NCBI RefSeq assembly: GCF_963921235.1
Contig: NC_086097.1
Span: 155,870,001-155,934,000 of the forward strand
DNA: 64,000 nucleotides
Reading direction: 5' to 3'
Source: Mobula hypostoma
Lineage: Eukaryota
Part shown: positions 13,060 to 25,959 of the stretch, piece by piece
Position numbering within the stretch: position 1 is the first letter of the stretch
How the letters are laid out: each line of letters starts with the position of its first letter
Notes under the pieces: generated by a model
Databases searched by the model: none
What the model was told of the DNA's origin: nothing
The model's input: only the letters and a program-made list of their open reading frames with translations
Made by a program: the position numbers and the translations under genes

Positions 13060-13580
13060 CAATAATTCAACAAATTCCTATTCACCAACACTCCCATCTG
13101 CCTGGCTGCACTTCTTACCCTGAACTTCTCTTTTTACAGCTGTCACTTCCTACACAACAAATTCACATGCAAGGTCACTCTCATTGGCTCTTGCTAAATC
13201 TATCTTTTTGTTGGGTCTATGGATCTGTCCTTGTTCCAAACCTTCTCTGGTGCCAATCCCCATCTTCTCCTGTACACTGCCAAGTGCATTGCTACTTCTT
13301 GTGTCCATTTGGAACTCAACTGTTTTATCACCTCCACCATTAATTTCCACTCCATTCTCCAATTCATTTGGACCATTTCTAATACTTTTCTCTTTTTTCC
13401 AGAACTCTCTGTTTCCATCTCAGAAGACAAATTATCAACTGGCCTTTACTATATTCCCAATAACTCCCACAGTTACCTAGACTATGCCTCTTCTCACTCT
13501 GAGTCAGGCAAAAGTGACTTCTCTTTCTCCCGGCCTTCCCATTCTTGTCGTAACTTTTCTCAGGATGATCTTAAATGTCC
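13060..13580 (+). mobile_element. Penelope-like element RT fragment
   Basis: FITSTINFHSILQFIWTIS..LFFPELSVSISEDKLSTGLYYIPNNSHSYLDYASSH resembles the PLE thumb region (N.FHP.L.FT...L.FLD....YRKPT....YL...S.H). Confidence 0.8.
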
Positions 13581-13597
13581 CTTTTTTTTGTGAGTAA

Positions 13598-13825
13598 GCG
13601 TGTCTGTGTGCATGTTTATGCCTCTGTGTACGTGTGTGTATGTCTGTGTGTACATTTGTATCTGTGTGCTTGTTTGGTTTTTCAAGTGTGTGTCCTTATG
13701 TCTGTGTGTATGTGTGTGTCTGTTTCAATGTGAGTGTATTTATGCCTATGTGTATGTTTGTGCTCTCATGTCTGTATCTGTTTTTATCTGAGTGAGTTTG
13801 TGCCTGTGTATAAATCTGCATGTAT
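13598..13825. repeat. Degenerate (TG)n-rich simple repeat
   Basis: Directly visible TG/TA-rich low-complexity tract. Confidence 0.9.
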
Positions 13826-15300
13826 TTTTATAGGTCAATAACTGAGGTAGGTGGCAGTGTAACCCATGTCTCTGACTAAATCTGAAATTTCACATGATGT
13901 AATTTTTAATCTCTTTTATTGTTTGCTACATCAATTGGTTTAGGCTGAAGTGTTCCCATAAACCACTCCTAATCTCAATAGAACTATAGTGAGTCTGTGG
14001 TGTGAAGCCACGAAAAAGAAATAAATTGAAAGCTCATTACAATGCATATTGCCTCATTTGTCCAGGCATATGAGAAATCGGTCCACTGCCATCACATCAC
14101 ATTACATAAACTATTCATCTTCCTTTGTTTTAGCCCAAGGTATGACCACTAGCATAGAACTTAATAAGCCCATGATGGTCCATCACACCTGATATCCCCT
14201 CCTTCCCTCTGCCCTCTTCCTACAAAACTCTCTTCTTTGACTGTTTTTAAAATCTATTCAAGGAGATTGTATTGTTTCCAAAATTTCATAAAGTCTAAGT
14301 TGCAGTAATACTGTATATACAGCAAAGTAACTTCAAATACTTGGCAACATCATGTGTCCATTAGTCAACTTTAGTGAAATGATTAGTTCTGTTTATTTCT
14401 GCTAATTCTGTTCAGACAGCAATTTAAAATTCCCACATATTTTGTTCAAATATCCTTCTTTCTCTCTCCCATTTCTGGATGTAAGGTTTGCTTCCAGCCC
14501 CATTTCTTTTACTGCAGTGAGCTCAATGCAAAGTTCACACAAATAACCCAGTGGGTTATTTACAACTAATCAGGTTTCATCAAATTTCATTCCTCATATG
14601 CCTCCATTTTTCCCACCCTGGTGATGTGAGAATTCATCTGATTATTTCACATGTATCACAGACAAGTAAATAGTAATCAGAAACACAGAGTTTCTGGCAA
14701 GTATAACCATGCTTTCTCATGAACTACTACTATATAAAGATCTCTCAGCCCTAGGGGTAAACCTAGGAAATACCTGAGTCCCCCCATAGTTACTTGTTGG
14801 GAAAGTAGCTTATTTTAGTCTACTACACAAAATTACATCTAATTCACATACGTTCCATCAGATATCTAATATCCCAGTTGTTAAGCCTGATTACCACCTA
14901 TGGCTATGAAAAAATTCATATGATTTAACAAAATCATATTTGCACTTGTCAATTAATATTGATTTGATTATTCTATCCATTATACTGCTATCCATGATTA
15001 TCCTGTTCCAATTTTCCAGATCTCTGGCTGATGTCTTTTCAAGGATGGAATTTTGAAAATTCCCACATATTTCAATATTTTTCAATATTTTTTTCAGCTA
15101 ACTACGCTTCCTGACTGATACAATCTTGAATTCCCACTGTCTAACTTTAAAATTGGAATTCAAGTCATGGGTAAAGATTTAGAAATTAATATTACAGCAA
15201 CATAAAGAAAATTACCAATTTCCATATGCTTACAGAACCATTGCTTAGTATCTATTAAGTATCTGGGATCCAAATATTTCAGATTCAAATTTATTTTCAG

Positions 15301-15404
15301 ATCAGGCCTGCATTATCTGTGTGAAACTTCAGCAGTATAAAAAGGGAATTCTACAATCTCAGACGGGCTTCTTGTCAACAGAGATACCACAATGTGGCTT
15401 TGAG
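15301..15404 (+). CDS. Candidate internal exon of unidentified host gene (dQACIICVKLQQYKKGILQSQTGFLSTEIPQCGFE; phase 1 to 0)
   Basis: Acceptor atttattttcag, donor gag|gtatgt, 104 nt open frame in non-repeat sequence, phases fit both neighbours. Confidence 0.65.
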
Positions 15405-18190
15405 GTATGTGATAAGTTCTTCTTCACTGAGAAATTCTTTTTTGGTTCAAATAAGAAATGCAACTAAAACACACAGTCATAGCAATTGGCACATATTTTT
15501 ATCTTCCCATCAGCAGCCCAGAGCTTTAACTCGAAATAAGAATGAATACAGCTAACTTAGCTGAGGAGAAGCACCCCCCAGAGATTCTTCAACTATATTG
15601 GATTGACTTTGACAATAGTGGATACCGTGGTTAGGATTTCAAGACATGTTTAATATAGGAGCATATCCTTCATTTGGATAGCAATAGACCTATATTTTCC
15701 TTCAGGATGGAGACTATATCCATCACTGAACTATTAATGTAGTAATGTGTATCCCATTTCACTGATCCACACCAGTTTGGTGCTTATTTTTTATTTATAA
15801 TTTAATTTTAAAATCCTTGTGCCCTCTACAAATTTGTCATCTAAATTAGCAACATCAAAAAAGGTTAAATTGCTTTTAGTTCCACTGGTCACTGAGGGAA
15901 TTTATGATGGTATAATATAGTGGTCACTTTGGCAAACCAAAAGACCATAAGGCCATAAGATATAGAAGGAGAAATCAGTCATGGCCCATTGAGTCTGCTC
16001 CGTCATTTCATCATGCTTGATCCAATTTTTTTCTCAGTCCCAATCTTCTGCTTTCTCCCAGTATTCCTTCATTCCATAAGAAATCAAGAATCTATCAACT
16101 TCTGCCTTAAACACATATAAAGACTTGGCCTCCACAGTAGCCTGTAGCAAAGAATTCCACAGATTCACCACTCTCGGGCTAAAGAAATTTCCCCTCATCT
16201 GGGTTCTAAAAGGAAACCCCTCTATTCTGAGACTCTCCCACCATAAAAAATATCCTCTCCAAATCCACTTTATCAAGGTCTTTCACCATTCAGTAGGTTT
16301 CAATGAGGCCAGCCCTCATTGTTCTGAATTCCAGCGAATACAGGCCCTGCGTCATCAAATGTTCTTCACATGACAAGACATTCAATCCTGGAATCATTTT
16401 CGTTAAACTCCTTTGAATACTCCCCAGTATCAGCACATTATTTCTTAGAGAAGGGGCCCAAAACTGCTCACAATGCTTCAAGTGAGGCTTCGCCAGTACT
16501 TTTTACATACTTGCTTTTATATACTCGTTCTCTTGAAATGAATGCTAGCATTGCATTTGCCTTCCTCACTAGAGGCTCAACCTGCAAATTAACCTTTAGG
16601 GAATCCTGCACAATGACTCCCATCCCTCTGCACCTCAGTTTTTTTGTATTTTCTCTCCACTTAGAAAATAGTCAACCTTTTCATTTCTTATATCAAAGTG
16701 TATAAAAATCCACTTCCTAACATTGTATTCCATCTGCCATTTCTTTGCCCATTCTCCTAATCTGTCTAAGTCCTTCTGTAGGCTTTCTGCTTCCTCAAAA
16801 CTACCTGCCCCTCGAACTATCTTCATATTGTCTGCAAACTTTGCAACAAAGCTATCAATTCCATCATCCAAATCTTTGATATACGACGTATAAACAATTG
16901 GTCCCAACACAGATGCCTGTGGAATAATATTAGTCACCAGCAGACAGTCAGTAAAGGCTCCCTTTCCTCTCTCTTTGCCTCCTGCCAATCAACCACAGCT
17001 TTATCCATGCTAGAATCTTTCCTGTAATACCATGAGCTGTAGCTTGTTAAGCAGCCTCGTGTGAGGCACTTTGTCAAAGGCCTTCTGAAAACCCAAGTGC
17101 ACAACATCCACTGATTCTCCTTTGTTTATCTTGCTTGTTATTTCTTCAAAGAATTCCAACAGATTTGTCAGGTAAGATTTTCCCTTAATGCTGATGATGG
17201 CCTCTTTTTATCATGTGTATCCTAGTTCTTGAGACCTCGTCCTTAATAATCGACTCCAACATCTTCCCAACCACTGAGGTCTGACTAACTGACCTATAGT
17301 TTTCTTTCTTCTGCCTCTCTTCTTTCTTGAAGAGTGGAATGACATATGCAATTTTCTTGTCTTCTGGAACCATCCCAGAATGTAGTGTTTCTTGAAAGAT
17401 CACTCCTAATGCTTCCACGATCTCTTCAGCCTCTCTTTCAGAACTCTGGGGTGTACACCATCTGGTCCAAGTGACTTAACTATCTTCAGACCCTTCAGTT
17501 TCCCAAGAATATTCTCTCTAGTTGTCGTAACTTCACACACTTCATGCCCCCTGACACCTGGAACTTCCACCATACTGCTAATGTCTTCCACCATGAAGAC
17601 TGATGCAAAATACTTATTCATTTCATCTGCCATTTTGTCGTCCCTTATTACTACCTCTCCAGCATCATTTTACAGTATCCACACTCAACTCTCCTTTATT
17701 CTTTATGTATCTGAAGAAATTTTTGGTATCCTCTTTTATATTATTGACTAGCTTACTTTTGTATGCCATCTTTATCTTTTTATGACTTTTTTAGTTGTCT
17801 CCTGTTGGTTCTTAAAAGTTTCCCAATCCTCTAACTTACCAATAATTTTTACTCTATTATATGTCCTCTCCTTGGCTTTTATTTTAGTTTTGACTTCACT
17901 TGTTAACCATGGTTGTGTCAGCTTTCCTTTAGAATACTTCTTCCTCTTTGGGATGTATATATATATATCCTGTGCCTTCCAAATTGATTCCAGAAAATTC
18001 AGCCTTTTCTGGTCTGCATCTTTCCTGCTAATATTGTTTTTCAATTAATTCTGGCAGCTCCTCTCTCATGCTTCTGTAATTCCCTTTACTCCACTGTAAT
18101 ACTGATACATCTAACTTTAGCTCTCCTTCTCAAATTTCAGGGTGAATTTGATCACATTATGATCATTTGCCCCTGAGGATTCTTTTACCG

Positions 18191-19585
18191 CAATAGAAAT
18201 AGAAATAGAATTTTTTTATATCTTTCATCCATCCCACAACGTGACGGAGTATAAATCTTTGCATAATTACTCCATCGCAATGTACAGATATGTGAATTTA
18301 TAAGTCTAATGGCTTGTAGAAAGAAGCTGCCCTGACGAAGGGTTTCGGCCCAAAACGTCGACTGTACCTCTTCCTAGAGAAGCTGCCTGGCCTGCTGTGT
18401 TCACCAGCAACTTTGAAATGTGTTGCTTGAATTTCCAGCATTTGCAGAATTCCTCGTGTTTGTGTCCCATAACCTGTTGGTCCTGGCTTTAATGTTGAGG
18501 TACCATTTGCCAGACAGAAGCAGCTGAAACAGATTACGATCCGGGTGACTGGTGTCCCTGGTGATCTTCCAGGCCTTCTTTTTGCACCTGCTGCTGTAAA
18601 TGTCTTCAATGGAGGGAAGTCCACGTTCACAGATGTGCTGGGCTGTCCGTACCACTCTCTGCAGTGGCCAGCAATCAAGGTTGGTGAAATTCCTATACCA
18701 GGTGGTGATACAGCCAGTCAGGATGCTCTCAATGGTGCCCCTGTAGAAGCCCTTGAGGATTTGGGGCCTCATGCTGAAATTCTTCAGTCGCCAGAGGTGG
18801 AAGAGACACAGTTGTGCTTTTTTTGGCACACAGCTAGTCTGTACAGTCCAGCTGAGATCTTTACTGATGTGCATACTGAGGAACTTGAAACTACTTACCC
18901 TCTCAACTGCAGACCCATTGATGCTGATTGGGGCGAGCCTGTCTTTTTTCCTCCTGTAACCTACAATCAGCTCTTTTGTCTCTTGGACATTGAAGGAGAG
19001 AGGGGTTGTTATTTTGGCATCACTATGTCAGGGTGTCAATCTCTCCTTTGTAGGCTGTGCCATCACTGTTAGAAATAAGGCTGATCAAAGTGGTGCTATC
19101 TGTGAAGTTGATCAGCAGGTTGGAGCTGTGTGTCAGTATGATCGTAGGTGTAAAGGGGGTAGAGAAGGGGGCTCAGGACACAACCCTGGGGAGCACCTAT
19201 GTCAGAGGGACAGAGATGAGGGAGCCCATCCTTACCACCTGTCGGCGACCTGATAGGAAGTCTAGGGTTCAGCTGCACAAGGAGGGGTGCAGGTTGAGGG
19301 CTCTGAACTTCCTGTCAAGTCTGGAGGAAATTATGGTGTTGAATGCTGAACTGTAGGCCAGGAGCAGCATTCTAATGTATGTATCCCTCTTCTCCAGGTG
19401 AGTGAAGACGGTGTGTGGTGCTGTGGCTATGGTGTCATCAATAGACTGGTTCCATTCAGTAGGCAATTTGTAGGGAGGTAGCAAGCTGCAGATGTAATCT
19501 TTCACAAGCCTCTCAAAGCATTTGTTTATCATTGAGGTGAATACGACAAGGTGCCAATCGTTCAGGCATGCTATCTTGGTTTTCT
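18191..19585 (-). mobile_element. Rex1/Babar LINE 3' half nested in CR1
   Basis: KCFERLVK, YSSAFNTI, GAPQGCVLSPLLY, FYRGTIESILTGCITTWY; (tttcta)n tail at 18191-18210. Confidence 0.9.
18331..18462 (+). mobile_element. Penelope pseudo-LTR-derived short insertion starting at a hammerhead motif
   Basis: Near-identical to 29302-29395; removing it restores Rex1 agaagctg/tcccataacc. Confidence 0.8.
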
Positions 19586-22500
19586 AATCAATTCAATAGT
19601 CTCTCATCAATTCTGGTTCATTACACAACACCCAATCCAGAAAAGCCAATCCTCTAGTGGGCTGAACCATGAGCTGCTCTAAAGGGCCATCTCATAGGCA
19701 CTCTAGAAATTTCCCCTCCTGGAATCCAGCACCAACCAGATTTTCACAATCTGCCTGCATATTGAAGTTCCCCATGACCATTGCAACATTGCCCTTTTGG
19801 AGGGTAATGCATTTTCTATCTCCTGTTGTAATTTGTAGACCATATCTGTACTACAGTTTGGAGTCTCTATACAACTCCCAAGAGGGTCTTTTTACCCTTG
19901 CAGTTCCTTAGCTCTATCCACGCTGATTCAACACCTTCCAACCCCATATCACCCCTTTCTAATGATGTAATTTCATTTTTTACCAACAAAGTCGCAACAC
20001 CCCCTCTGCGTTCCTGCCAGTCCTTCAATACAATGTGTATCCTTGGACCTTAAGCTCCCAGCTACAATCTTTTTTCAGTGATGCCTGCAACATCGTATCT
20101 GCCAATTTGCAATTGTGCTGCAAGTTCGTCAACCTTCTTACATACACTGCACGCATTCAGATACAACAACTTCAGTCCTGTTTTGATTTTGTCCACCTTT
20201 CATGTTGCAAGTCATCCTGTTGACTGCAATTTTGCATAATCACCAGTCTCTACTCACTACACTCACTACTCTGTTGTAAACCAGTTACCTCATTTTCAGC
20301 ATTATTATCTGTCTTTCCTATGATACTTCTTGTATAGGTAACTCAGGACAATAGTAGCACCATACTCAACCATTTGATTTCTAACTTTGTCTGAGGTCTT
20401 ACCAAAATCTGCCTCCACAATCTCTCTACTAACTGTTCTGGCAATCTGGTTCCCATCCCCTCCCATCTCTAGTTTAAACCCAACCATGCAGCATTAACAA
20501 ACCTTCCCTCTAGGATATTAGTCCCCATCCAGTTCAGGTGCAAGTCATCTCTTCTATGCAGGTTCCACTTTCCCTGGAAGAGAGCACAAAGATCCAAATA
20601 TCTTATGTCCTCCCTCCTACACCAACTCCTCAGGTACATATTAAACTGTATTATCTTTCTAGTTCTGGCCTCACCCGCACATGGTAGGGGTAGAAATCCT
20701 GCGTTCCACAACCCTGGGGGTCCTATCCTTTAATTTAGCACCTAATTCCCTGAACTCCCTATTCATAACTTTGTCACTCGTCCTAGTCATTTCATTGGTA
20801 CCTACATGGTCCTTGACTTCTGGCTACTCACCGTCAACCTTAAGAATGCTGAGCACTCGATCCAAGATATCCCAGGAGGCAACATACCACCATCCTGGAA
20901 TCTTGTTCTTGTCCACAGAACCTCCTGTCCAATCCCCTAACTAACAAATTCCCTATCATCACAGCGTATCTCTTCTCCCCCACTTTCCTTCTGAGTCACA
21001 GAGGCTGACTCAATGCCAGAGACTCATCCATTGTGACTTCCCTCTGTTAGGTTATCACTCTAACAGTATCTAAAGTGATATACTTTTTGTTAAGGGGGAT
21101 GTCCACAGGGACACTCTTCCTTGGCTCCTTAACTCCTTTCCATTTTCTGCTATCACCCAATTTCCTATATCCTGCCCTTTGGATGTAACTATCTCTCTAT
21201 ATGTCGTCTTTCTCACTTGGCCTCCCAAATGATCAGGAGCTCATCCAGTTCCAGCTCCTTAACTTGGTTTGTTAGAAGCTGAAGCTGGAGGTACTTCTCA
21301 CAGTTGTAGTCGTCACTCCCTTCCTTCTCGCATCTCGCCAGATGAGCATTCAATCATCTTGCCCGGCATCTCTGCTGCCCTAGCTGAGCAGCTACAAAGA
21401 AGAGAATGATAAAACTTGAGTTCTTCTTTTCTTTTTGCTTTCTCTGACTGAAGTCCTCCTTTTTGCCGATGGCTTAATGAACTAAAACCTCAAGGTTGCC
21501 ACTCTGACTATATCCATTCAGACGATGCCACTAAGCTTTCTGCTGCCTTCCTTTAGTTTGCTCTTGCTAATCAATACCAAACACCGACTGTTCACTGGTC
21601 AAAGCACTTTTTCCTTCTGACCGCTGCTGCCTTTTATCCTTGGGCAGTGGACCTGATTGAAGACCCCCCTTCAAAACTTCCAATGTCTGGACTGGCCACT
21701 GGTGAAAGCTCTTTTTCACTATACTGACCTGCTGCTGCCTTTTATTTTCAGGCAGTAAACTTGAGTGAAGTCCCCTCCTCTGAAAACTTCCAATGTCCAG
21801 ATTGGCTGCTGGTCAAAGCTCTTTCCAATACCAGTAAGCTCTGTATTTCAATTCAATCAACTATGGGCAAACCACATTAAGTTTCATTTGCAAACAGGGT
21901 CAAACAGTTTTTTTCAGATTGCCCAAGGCTAACATTAGAAAATCTCTGAAATTTTACTAAGTACCGAAGAAGAAGATATTTTTTCTCTGTGCTTTACCAC
22001 AGGAGGAATATGAAATTTTGATGCAGAAATCTTCTGAAATAAATTTATAATTCTCTCAAGGGACATGCAAGCAGATGGATCATATTGTTATAAGATATGC
22101 CAGTTTTAATTTAGGTGCACCTGTGAAATCTTTTTTTTAACTCACTGAAGTACAGTTATCAGAGATAAAGATTTCCTGCTCACAGCTCCATTTTATGCAA
22201 CATACAGTAACACAGGTGCAAAGCTGATAATTACCCCACATCTGGAAATCTTGGATAATGTATTTCTGTGAGAGATGTCCTGAATTTGCTGCTGTAAAAT
22301 CACTGGTTAGTCGCTCAAGGCAACATAGCATTGAGAGCTATATTATTGACAAGATAGGTAGTATAGAAACATAAGAGCATCAGAAAGTTGGAGCAGGAGT
22401 TGGCTAACTGGCCTTTTAAATCCAACCGTCATTCAATCTAAATCTTTGAGTCATGCATCACAGAAACTGGCCCTTCAGCCCACTACTTGCATGCAGAAAT

Positions 22501-22976
22501 TTTTGCCCATTACAGTATTCAATTTTGTTCACATTTGAAGTCCAAACATTATGCCCTGAACACTATTCATATGCCTGTCTAAATGGCTCTTGAGTATTGT
22601 AGTTGCATCTGAGTTCTGGTGGAGAGTGCTGCCTCAAAAGCTGCTGGCTGACCAGCTGTGTTCCTGTCACTTTTTTTTGTGATGGAGATTATTTTCTTGG
22701 TTGTTAGCTAATCTTGGCTTTCTAAATACACCAGCTGCTACTTGTAAGAACAAGAGTAAGAAGTAAACTTCCAACTAACAGTTGTTTCACTCTGGTAATA
22801 AATGGGAGTCAGTCTTCAATTCTTAAAATGTAAATGGAAAGCAATAATCAGCTTGAAGTTTTAAAAAAAGTGTCTGAATCTGCTTTGGAGACATGCTGTC
22901 TGTGAGAAGTGATGCTAGCTCACTACACTTGCTTTATTTCTGCTCAAGAGTAAAGTATAAGACAATGGGTTATTTA

Positions 22977-24655
22977 AGATAGATAAATAGATAGATGGAT
23001 AGATAGATACTTTATTGATTGCAAAGGAAATAACAGTGTCACAGTAGCATTACAAGTGCACAGGTATACAAATATTAGAAGACAAGTAAGAAAGAATAAA
23101 AAATAAGTTATCTTAAAAATAAGATGCACAAGATTTACTAGTCCAAAATTACAAGATTTACAAAATTTACAGGTTCACACTGATAAGATGGTAGTGCAAG
23201 AATTACCATAATATTTTACCGTAGTGGGTGCATATTCACACCATTCAGATAAGAAGTGATGATAATATGCAGACTATGGCACTGGGTGTTCACGATAGAA
23301 GGGTGTGATAAACAGAGCTTTGGTAAAGAGAGTTTAATAATAGTCCAAGAGGAGGGTTTCTTCACTTCCCTGGCTCTAGGTTGACTCATTATAGACTCTA
23401 ATGGCCAAGGGTAAGAATAACTTCATTAAGTGCTCTTTGGAGCAGTGCAGTTATCTTAGTCTATTACTGTAAGTGCTCCTCTATTCAGCCAGGGTGGCAT
23501 ACAGAGAGTGAGAAACACTGTCCAGAATTGCCAGGATTTTCCGTAGCGTCCTTTGTTCTACCACAGCCTTCAGCGTGTCCAGTTTGACTACTATAACAGA
23601 GCCAGCCTTCCTCATCAGTTTATTGAGCCTGTTGGCAACACCCGTGTTGATGCCATTACCCCAGCACACCACCAGCACACACCATACTGGCGACAACAGA
23701 CTGGTAGAATATGTGAAAGAGAGGCCTGTATACTCCAAAGGACCTTAATCTCCTCAGGAAGTAGAGGTAATTCTGGCCCTTCTTGTACACAGTCTCTGTG
23801 TTGGTGCTCCACTCAAATCTGTCATCCAGTTGCACCCCATGTACTTGTAGGTCCTCACCACATCTATGTTCTCACGGTCAATAGTAACAGGGAGCAATGC
23901 AGGGTTGGTCTTCCTGAAGTCCACCACTATTTCCTTTGTCTTATTGATGTTGAGCTTCAGATGATTCAGCTTGCACTATTCAATCAAGTCTTCAACCAGG
24001 ACCCTGTATTCCTCATCCTGTCCTCCGTTTATGCACCCAACCATTGTTGAATTATCAGAGAAATCGGCAGGTGACGTGTCTCAGTGCAGGATCTAAAGTT
24101 CAAATAATACAGGGTAAACAGGAAGAGACTCAATACAGTCCCATGTGCGGCTCCAGTGCTGCTGATGGCCATGTCTGACACACATCTCTGAAGCTGGGCA
24201 TATTGTGGTCTGTCAGTCAAATAGTCATTATCCAGGATACAATAGTAGTGCCAACCTGCATTGAATAGAGCTTTTGCCCCCAGCAATGACAGCTGTATGG
24301 TATTGAAGGCACTTGAGAAACTACAAAAGAAAACATGATCCTCACAGTGCTGCTCTGCTTCAGCAAGTAGATGACGGCATTGTCAACTCCAATGTGCTAA
24401 CCGCAGGGAATCAAGGGTTGCTCTGACCAGAGGCCAGAGGTGAGCCAGGACCAGCCTCTCTAGGGTCTTCATGATGTTCGAGGTCAGTGCTATTGGACGG
24501 TAGTCATTCAAGACTTCCAGTTGGCCCTTCTCGGGTACTGGGACACATGATGTTTTCCACACAGTCAGGAACGTTTCCAGGCTAAGTCTCACATCGAAAA
24601 TGCACTGGAGAACTCTGCACAGCTGCTCAGCAGCTCAGCACACTTCTTCAGGGAA
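22977..24655 (-). mobile_element. Rex1/Babar LINE 3' half
   Basis: LNDYRPIALTSNIMKTLERLV, SSTGAAHGTVLSLFLFTLY; (tatc)n tail at ~22977-23010. Confidence 0.9.
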
Positions 24656-24761
24656 AGAGGTGGAGTTGACAGTGGGAGCCTGTGTTGTTCATCCACGTTA
24701 ATTTGGGGTCTTCAAACAGACCAACTGATTCTTAAGTTCCTTTGTTCAAGGAAGCTTTCAG

Positions 24762-24828
24762 AACAGGTGGATAATGTCATTTATCATTTCAGTAACTGAT
24801 GCATTTATAGTTGGAAGGTTTTATGTAC
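24762..24828 (+). CDS. Candidate internal exon of unidentified host gene (NRWIMSFIISVTDAFIVGRFYV; phase 0 to 1)
   Basis: Acceptor gctttcag, donor tac|gtaagc; phases fit the flanking candidates; alternative donors after 24817 or 24824. Confidence 0.5.
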
Positions 24829-25177
24829 GTAAGCAAGTTAGCTTCACAGTATTTACATCATTATTGTGGAACTGTGTCTCCAAAGATTTTTTTAAACCAT
24901 TTACATTAAAAGAATATCTGAGGAAATATCATATGTGTGTTGTCAGACAAGTGGTAGGGAGAGGGTATAAAAGTAAACAGCAGTTCAGACCTTTTAGGAA
25001 AGCAGTAAGAAACATCAAGAAATGTGGAATAAATATGGGGTGAACTAGAATCCATTCCTCTAGCTTTGGTTTCTGTGGCAGATGATTTGTTGTCTGCACC
25101 TTTGCTATGTCTTTTTAGTTTATAGGAATTGTACCTTTGTTTTGGAAATCCATTAATCTTTGTCCTCTGTGTTTTAG

Positions 25178-25205
25178 AAATGGTTTGTAATTTGGAAATA
25201 TTTAG
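25178..25205 (+). CDS. Candidate 28-nt micro-exon (qMVCNLEIFr; phase 1 to 2)
   Basis: Acceptor ctttgtcctctgtgttttag, donor tag|gttaga; bridges the phases of exons 24762 and 30596 exactly. Confidence 0.35.
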
Positions 25206-25959
25206 GTTAGAAATCCTCTGAGTTTAAAATGTGTTTTAAGAATGTTGTTTGGATTTAAACGAGTATCACTGAAAATAAATTAACTGTGTTTAAACTACTT
25301 TGTTAGCTGGAAATACCTTCCTCCTGGTAGGGAGAGGGGACTCACCTCTCCCTACCCATGAATAGTGGGCATTGGGAGCTAAACTCACCATAGAGAATAA
25401 ACGGGGTAAGCTAGTCTATGTCAAGTGGTAATTACAGTAGAATCTCCTTTTAGTGAGGGTATTCATGTATCCACTAGGGCTTAAAGTCTTCCTTTGAATT
25501 TAGAACTTCAGTGTCAGCAAACCCAATGCCATCACGTTTTTACATCCTGGTGAATGCATAGCCGGCCATGTTAAGCTTCAAGAAAACAATTTTTTTCTCT
25601 TGTTATTTTTTTCTGCTCTTGTTGTATCTACAGAAGCTATTGGGATTCTCTATTACTTTGTCTGCCAGGGCAATCTCATATTCTATTTTAGCCCTCCTGA
25701 TTTCTGTCTTGTTCTCTTGGATTGCCTATATTCCTCAAGCACCTCAATTGAACTTAACTACACATAACTGATATGTACCTCCTTCTTCTAAAATGGGGCC
25801 TCAATATACATTGAAAATCCAGGTTCCCTACACTTGTTAACTTTGCTTTTTCTTTTAACAGGAGTATACAAATTCTGTATTATCAATAGTTCTCTTTTGA
25901 AATCCTCCCTCTTACCAAGCACTCTTTTGCCAGAAAACAGCCTACCTCAATCCACAATA

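Larger units (their letters stand above)
15941..21826 (-). mobile_element. Near full-length CR1 LINE (5' UTR, esterase ORF1, EN-RT ORF2, 3' tail) split by a nested Rex1
   Basis: Colinear decayed ORF pieces: esterase 20469-20711, EN ~19600-20200, RT 16635-17633 (PQASVLGP, KFADNMK), 3' tail at ~15941-15990. Confidence 0.9.

Noticed and set aside
14891..15085. Minus ORF containing ENWNRII, also present in the candidate exon at 30596
   Set aside because: Similarity is limited to ~22 nt and there are no convincing splice sites; likely coincidence
22003..22050. Strong acceptor followed by EEYEILMQKSSEINL*
   Set aside because: Short and stop-terminated; would truncate the better-supported downstream exon chain
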